Source: Candidatus Magasanikiibacteriota bacterium (lineage in GTDB: Bacteria > Patescibacteriota > Patescibacteriia > Magasanikbacterales > UBA922). Taken from it: a stretch of 56,288 nt of DNA. The notes under the pieces were generated by a model. The model worked only from the letters and a program-made list of their open reading frames with translations, made no database searches and was not told the DNA's origin. This document shows, in pieces, positions 51,453 through 56,288 of the stretch. The position numbers and the translations under genes were made by a program. Each line of letters starts with the position of its first letter. The stretch's first letter is position 1. The stretch spans positions 1-56,288 of the forward strand of contig JBAYUH010000003.1 in assembly GCA_041675185.1 (NCBI GenBank), given 5' to 3'.

Positions 51453-52747
51453 AGATCTAGTCTGTACAGTTTGTGTTCTTTTCCGGTTGTATAAAATAAT
51501 GCTCTATATTTTTTGTTTATATAAATTTTGTTTTCGGTAGTTTTCAAAATTGGAAATTGAAGATATTGGTCTATATCTATTGCTTTTATTTCATTTTCAG
51601 TTTGTAAAATATATATTCTGCCCTCATCCAAAAGTTGAAGGGTGTTTATTTTTTCACCAGTACGATATTGTAAGTTGATAGTGCCATCTTCTTTTATCGT
51701 TGTTATATCCCAATCAGAATAAACTATCCAGTCTTGATTAGTTTCATTCCAAAATAAATTTTTTCCATTTATTTTTGTTTCTAGATTTGTTTGTAAATCG
51801 TAAACTAAGAAACCATCTAAAGTTTTGGTAAGTATTCTATTTTTGTTTAAACTTATTATTTCGGATATTTTATTTTGTAGATGATAAGTAATTTTATTAT
51901 CGAAAATAGTGTTTTCATCATAGAACCAGACATTTTCATTGTCTTCGACGTACCATTTGTTAGTAGTGGTACTAGTCAAATTTTTGGTAGTACCATTTTT
52001 TTCAATAGTTATAATTTGATTTTGTTTTGTAGTAGAGAGTGGTTTGTTGTTTTCATTTTTCCATTGGACTGTATTTGTTGAAGTATCTATATCAACAGCC
52101 TGATTATTTTCTGGTTTATTCAAATCATAGAGGACTAATTTTTTTTGTCCATTTTCATTTTTGATAATGTAGACAACGTTGTCAAAAGGGGAAACAGAAT
52201 AATCTATAATATCAGTATTATTTTCCAAAGTTTTGGTAGTATTATTTTTTATATCAAAATATATAATATTGTATTTGTCATTTGGTGCCAAAGTCAGTAA
52301 TAAAATATTGTCTGAATTATGACTTCCTATTATATCTTGGACATTGGATAATTCTGTAAACATTGGTAACCCATCTTTCAATAAACTAAAGTAATTTATA
52401 TAAGTTGTTTGTTTGCTGTTTACACTAATATTTTTTCCCCAAGTTTTGTAACCATCTTTTTTGATAGTCAATAAATAGGTGTCAGGGTAGAGTGATAAAT
52501 TGAATGGTATTTTTTGTGCCAATTCTGCACCATTCAAAAAAACTTGAGCTTCTTTTGGTAGGACATCTACATTGAGTATACCTGTTTGTTTTATTTTGTG
52601 TTTGACAAAATCATAGCGGTATCCAGAGCTATAGGCGATTAAGATTGGAGATATTACAAAAAAAGAACTAACTAGAAGGATCATAATAGTAAGTCTGATT
52701 GGTCTAGTTAGTCTAGTTTTTAATATTTTTTCATGTATTTTGTCCAT
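51449..52747 (-). CDS. PEGA-domain membrane-anchored protein
   Basis: N-terminal TM, then LNVDVLPKEAQVFLNGAELAQKIPFNLSLYPDTYLLTIKKDGYKTW (PEGA-like), then a long beta-rich region. Its stop overlaps the convergent gene's stop (ctag at 51449-51452). Confidence 0.65.
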   Translation of the reverse strand: MDKIHEKILKTRLTRPIRLTIMILLVSSFFVISPILIAYSSGYRYDFVKHKIKQTGILNVDVLPKEAQVFLNGAELAQKIPFNLSLYPDTYLLTIKKDGYKTWGKNISVNSKQTTYINYFSLLKDGLPMFTELSNVQDIIGSHNSDNILLLTLAPNDKYNIIYFDIKNNTTKTLENNTDIIDYSVSPFDNVVYIIKNENGQKKLVLYDLNKPENNQAVDIDTSTNTVQWKNENNKPLSTTKQNQIITIEKNGTTKNLTSTTTNKWYVEDNENVWFYDENTIFDNKITYHLQNKISEIISLNKNRILTKTLDGFLVYDLQTNLETKINGKNLFWNETNQDWIVYSDWDITTIKEDGTINLQYRTGEKINTLQLLDEGRIYILQTENEIKAIDIDQYLQFPILKTTENKIYINKKYRALFYTTGKEHKLYRLDL

Positions 52748-52815
52748 GTTTGCCTTTTATGTCTTTTTCATGTATAATCATAACGTATTTTCAAATATTT
52801 ATCAACTATTTTATT

Positions 52816-54117
52816 ATGGCTAAATTTGTAATTGAGGGTGGCAAAGAATTATCAGGAGCTTTGAGTGTCAATACTGCCAAGAATTCCGCAGTAGCTATTC
52901 TCTGCGCCTCTTTGATGATTCAAGGAGAAGTTTTGTTGCAGGACATGCCTCATATTGAGGAAGTTTTTCGTATTTTGGAAATATTAAAAAGTATTGGAGT
53001 AAAATTTGCTTGGAAAGATGAACACACTCTTTTTTTGGATACTTCGTCCAAATTGACTATGGATAAAATAGACAAAAAAGCTACAGAAGTGACTAGATCT
53101 TCACTAATGTTGCTTGGTGCTTTGGCTGCTCGTGAAAAAGAATTCAAAATTTATAAATCTGGAGGTTGCCGTTTGGGGGAGCGTACTGTCAAGCCACACC
53201 TGTTTGCTCTTGAAAAGTTTGGTGTTAGTGTAGAATCAAAAAATAAATATTATGAAGTAAAAAATAAACCTTTGAAAGCTGTTGATATTGTAATGTATGA
53301 GTCAGGGGATACACCAACAGAAAATGCAATTATGGCAGCGGTTTTAGCTCCTGGAGTCACTACTATCAAATTTGCTTCTTCAAACTATATGGTGCAAGAT
53401 TTGTGTTATTTTTTGCAGGTTGCTGGTGCCAAAATTGAAGGAATTGGTAATACGACTTTGAAGATTACTGGAGTCAAAAAATTAAATTCCATAAAAACAT
53501 ACAGTATTATGCCTGATCCTATAGAAGCCATGACTTTTATAGCTTTGTCTATTACTACTAAATCAGAGTTGACTATCAAAAATTGTCCATTAGATTTTTT
53601 GGAATTAGAATTAGAGAAATTGTCAGTCATGGGTCAAAAATTTCAAATAAAAAATAAACGTAAATCAGCCAATGGATATTTTAACATAGTAGATATCAAA
53701 TTTTTTAAATCAGAATTACAAGCTTTGCCTGACAAAATTTATGGTAGGCCTTTTCCAGGTCTTAATATCGACAATCTACCTTTGTTTGTGCCAATTTTAA
53801 CTCAAGTCAGAGGCAGGACTTTGGTTCATGATTGGGTCTATGAAAATAGAGCGATTTATTTTCTTGATTTTCAAAAATTAGGAGCTAATCTTACTTTGTT
53901 AGATCCACATCGTGTCTTTGTAGAAGGTCCAAGCAAGCTAATATGCAATGAATTGATGTGTCCGCCAGCAATTAGACCAGCAGTAGCCTTACTTGTAGCT
54001 ATGATTGCTGCTAAGGGTAGATCAATAATGCGTAATTCTTATACCATTGAACGTGGATATGAAAAATTAGCTGAGCGTCTTTCAGCTGTGGGAGCCAAAA
54101 TAACTTATGAAGAATAA
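52816..54117 (+). CDS. murA: UDP-N-acetylglucosamine 1-carboxyvinyltransferase MurA
   Basis: MAKFVIEGGKELSGALSVNTAKNSAVAIL start and active-site GGCRLGERT. The ATG at 52816 is preferred over the upstream-extended ORF. Confidence 0.9.
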   Translation: MAKFVIEGGKELSGALSVNTAKNSAVAILCASLMIQGEVLLQDMPHIEEVFRILEILKSIGVKFAWKDEHTLFLDTSSKLTMDKIDKKATEVTRSSLMLLGALAAREKEFKIYKSGGCRLGERTVKPHLFALEKFGVSVESKNKYYEVKNKPLKAVDIVMYESGDTPTENAIMAAVLAPGVTTIKFASSNYMVQDLCYFLQVAGAKIEGIGNTTLKITGVKKLNSIKTYSIMPDPIEAMTFIALSITTKSELTIKNCPLDFLELELEKLSVMGQKFQIKNKRKSANGYFNIVDIKFFKSELQALPDKIYGRPFPGLNIDNLPLFVPILTQVRGRTLVHDWVYENRAIYFLDFQKLGANLTLLDPHRVFVEGPSKLICNELMCPPAIRPAVALLVAMIAAKGRSIMRNSYTIERGYEKLAERLSAVGAKITYEE

Positions 54118-54131
54118 TTAGTATATATAGT

Positions 54132-55394
54132 ATGCCTAAAAGAAAAATTTTAAATATTGTTTTATCTGGTATTTTTATTGTAGCTGTATTTTTTACTGGT
54201 GTAACTATTGGTATTAGTAGAGATATTGGTAATAATTTGTTAAATAGTAGTGGTAATGTAGACATTACCAAAGTAGTCAATCTTTATGGTAATAGTCGAT
54301 CTGATCAAGTAGATTTCAAAGAATATTGGGATATTTGGAATAAGATAAAAAAGAATTATGTCAAACAACCAGTTAGTGATGTTGATTTGTTTTATTCTTC
54401 AATAGAAGGATTGGTAAAAGGTTTGGATGATCCTTATTCTGTTTTTTTTCCACCATCGAAGGCTAAGGCTTTTGTTAGTGATTTGTCTGGAGCTTTTGAG
54501 GGTATAGGTGCTGAAATTGGAATGCAAAATGATAGAATTACTATAGTCTCTCCTTTGGAAGGTTCTCCAGCTGAAAAAGCTGGTCTAAAAGCAGGTGATG
54601 TGATTTTGGCTGTAGATGGTACAGATATTAGTTCTTTGAGTGTAGAAGAAGTAGTATTGAAAATTAGAGGTCCAAAACAAACTATTGTTTCTTTGACAAT
54701 AGAAAGAGGTGAAAAATTTGAAAAACAAAATATTGAAATTATGCGTGATAGTATTGACTTGCCATCAGTAAAATGGGAAGACAAAGGCAAGGGAATTATT
54801 TATTTACGTGTTAGTTTTTTCAATGATAATACTTGGTCTGAATTTGACAAAGCTGTCAAAGAAATTATTCTCAAATCTCCAAAAAGTATTGTCTTGGATT
54901 TGCGTGGTAATCCTGGCGGTTATCTTGATACTTCTGTCAAAGTGGCTGCCGAATGGCTTACCAAAGATCAAGGTGTCGTTGTCTCAGAAAAAACAAATGA
55001 TGGTCAAACAAAAAAATATAATTCTGAGGAAGGCAAACATAGATTTGTGGGTATTCCTACAATTATATTAGTTGACAATGGTACAGCTTCTGGTTCAGAA
55101 ATTGTTACTGGTGCTTTGCAAGATTATGGTGTAGCTACTGTGGTAGGTAAGACTACTTATGGCAAAGGCTCTGTTCAGGAATTTGAAGTTTTGCCAGATG
55201 GATCAGCTTTGAAAATTACTATTGCTGAATGGTACACTCCCAAAGATCGTCAAATAAACAAAATAGGTTTGTATCCAGATATAACTGTCGATGGTGATAT
55301 GTTTGTCCAAAAAAATAATACTAAGGGTGACAAAGTAGGTGATTATGTGGACAAGGGTATAGAAAAAGCTTTGGAAATTTTATCAAAAAAATAA
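54132..55394 (+). CDS. S41 family carboxyl-terminal processing protease
   Basis: N-terminal TM. PDZ (GSPAEKAGLKAGDVILAVDG). DLRGNPGGYL, GTASGSEI and TYGKGSVQ motifs. Confidence 0.9.
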   Translation: MPKRKILNIVLSGIFIVAVFFTGVTIGISRDIGNNLLNSSGNVDITKVVNLYGNSRSDQVDFKEYWDIWNKIKKNYVKQPVSDVDLFYSSIEGLVKGLDDPYSVFFPPSKAKAFVSDLSGAFEGIGAEIGMQNDRITIVSPLEGSPAEKAGLKAGDVILAVDGTDISSLSVEEVVLKIRGPKQTIVSLTIERGEKFEKQNIEIMRDSIDLPSVKWEDKGKGIIYLRVSFFNDNTWSEFDKAVKEIILKSPKSIVLDLRGNPGGYLDTSVKVAAEWLTKDQGVVVSEKTNDGQTKKYNSEEGKHRFVGIPTIILVDNGTASGSEIVTGALQDYGVATVVGKTTYGKGSVQEFEVLPDGSALKITIAEWYTPKDRQINKIGLYPDITVDGDMFVQKNNTKGDKVGDYVDKGIEKALEILSKK

Positions 55395-55416
55395 TAAAAA
55401 TAATGGGTATTAGTAT

Positions 55417-55785
55417 ATGTTTTCAGGTATTGTTGTACATGGTGATGGTAATGGAAAAATATTTGGTTTTCCTACAGCCAATATTGATTGTCAAATAAAA
55501 AAGGGGATGAATATTACCACTGGTGTTTTTGCTTCAGTTGTTACAATTGATAATAAGAAATATAATAGCGCTTTTGTAATTATGTCAAAAGAAAAATCTT
55601 TCAAATTTGAAGTGCATATTTTGGATTTGGATTTTGATTCTGATTTGTATGGCAAGTATCTTGAAGTAGATTTGGTACAAAAGGTAAGTGAAGTAGAACG
55701 TTATGATTCGCATGAAGAATTGTTGAAAAAAATAAAACAAGATATAGAAATGGTAAAAGAAGTTTTTGTGGGACGGGATAAGTAA
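55417..55785 (+). CDS. riboflavin kinase (stand-alone RibF C-terminal domain)
   Basis: FSGIVVHGDGNGKIFGFPTANI and HILDLDFDSDLYGKYLEV motifs. Confidence 0.8.
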   Translation: MFSGIVVHGDGNGKIFGFPTANIDCQIKKGMNITTGVFASVVTIDNKKYNSAFVIMSKEKSFKFEVHILDLDFDSDLYGKYLEVDLVQKVSEVERYDSHEELLKKIKQDIEMVKEVFVGRDK

Positions 55786-55871
55786 ACAAAAAAGCATTTT
55801 CACAAAATAAAAACCTATGCTATAATACCTTCACTTAAAAAACTATTAAAAAATATAATAATAATTTCTAA

Positions 55872-55906
55872 TTCACCTAATTCCTAATTTCTAACTTGTC
55901 CGCCTT
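55872..55906 (+). repeat. dispersed repeat, family 1 (5' module)
   Basis: ttcacctaattcctaatttctaacttgtccgcctt matches 1526-1567, which has one extra 7-nt word. Confidence 0.8.
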
Positions 55907-55946
55907 TTGGGAGGATAAAATTTTCAATTAAAAAATTATCTATAAT

Positions 55947-56288
55947 ATGAAATACTTCAACCCTCCTCGTGACAATCTAAAAGGTAAACAAAAAGATATT
56001 ATGGATCAATCTAAAAAGATTGCTTCTTTTGATAAGTATTGGTTTTGGCATGGACTATGGCATTCACATCAAGCTCTTAAACGAAAAGATGTCGTGGGTA
56101 CATTCACTGATTTTAATCGCCGTTCTCGTCACCTCAAACTCCAAATCCTCCTCCACTACTTCCGCAACTTCTTCTTATTCCCATTTTTCTTATTCAAATT
56201 CCTTCTCCCTTCATTTATGAAGGGAAAGAACAATGTCTGGAAGAACATAAAGACAATAATAAAAGAAAAAGAATTTAAACCACTAAGA
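55947..56288 (+). CDS. hypothetical protein, 3'-truncated by the window edge
   Basis: ATG at 55947 opens a frame (MKYFNPPRDNLKGKQKDIMDQSKK...) that runs uninterrupted for 114 codons to the last base. It is absent from the ORF track, presumably because it has no stop. Confidence 0.4.
   Translation, partial: MKYFNPPRDNLKGKQKDIMDQSKKIASFDKYWFWHGLWHSHQALKRKDVVGTFTDFNRRSRHLKLQILLHYFRNFFLFPFFLFKFLLPSFMKGKNNVWKNIKTIIKEKEFKPLR

Noticed and set aside
56020-56220. 66-aa track ORF near the window end.
   Set aside because: It is out of frame with, and fully contained in, the longer open frame that starts at ATG 55947 and runs to the window edge. Its serine/low-complexity translation looks like a shadow.
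1-56288. Alternative genetic code (UGA read as an amino acid, as in some candidate-phylum lineages).
   Set aside because: Conserved proteins (UvrA, DnaB, MurA, PilT, RsmH) are full length under the standard code, and several genes end cleanly at TGA (for example 31307-31309 and 44590-44592).

Overview
The window looks like a 56-kb piece of a very AT-rich, compact bacterial genome. By eye it is roughly 27-35% G+C. Genes are tightly packed and mostly lack Shine-Dalgarno sequences. The content is typical of a small-genome, Patescibacteria/CPR-like organism, but that taxonomic placement is an inference.

Recognisable housekeeping genes:
- DNA repair and replication: uvrA, uvrC, recR, ybaB, dnaB.
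- Cell division and wall: mraZ-rsmH-ftsL, a class B penicillin-binding protein, murA, a C-terminal processing protease.
- Other: pilT, rplU, two tRNAs, a Clp/Hsp100-type ATPase, and HIT, NUDIX, VanW, DUF192 and riboflavin kinase genes.

There is also a large surface-glycan repertoire: a Wzz-like protein, an O-antigen-ligase-like protein, a radical SAM enzyme, three GT4 and four tandem GT2 glycosyltransferases, rfbB, an NRS/ER-type rhamnose synthase, a long-form sugar-1-P nucleotidyltransferase, a WecA/MraY-like transferase, and two giant polytopic membrane paralogs.

The standout feature is a compositionally foreign block at about 6.2-10.35 kb:
- It holds three GC-rich genes with strong GGAGG ribosome-binding sites. 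They encode a bitopic membrane protein, an 8-strand outer-membrane-type beta-barrel ending in Phe, and a lipoprotein with thrombospondin type 3 repeats plus a Cys-rich CNGxDDDCDG motif.
- The genes are separated by host-like AT-rich spacers.
- The first two genes are preceded by paralogous, highly structured leaders.
- The first gene is bracketed by a perfect 15-bp inverted repeat.

A second genome-wide peculiarity concerns the intergenic regions. Nearly every one is a long imperfect hairpin built from tandem 8-10 nt words. These fall into several dispersed repeat families. Copies of the same words also sit in frame inside conserved genes (uvrC and a GT2), reminiscent of Rickettsia palindromic elements.

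All family calls come from motifs read by eye. No database search was possible.
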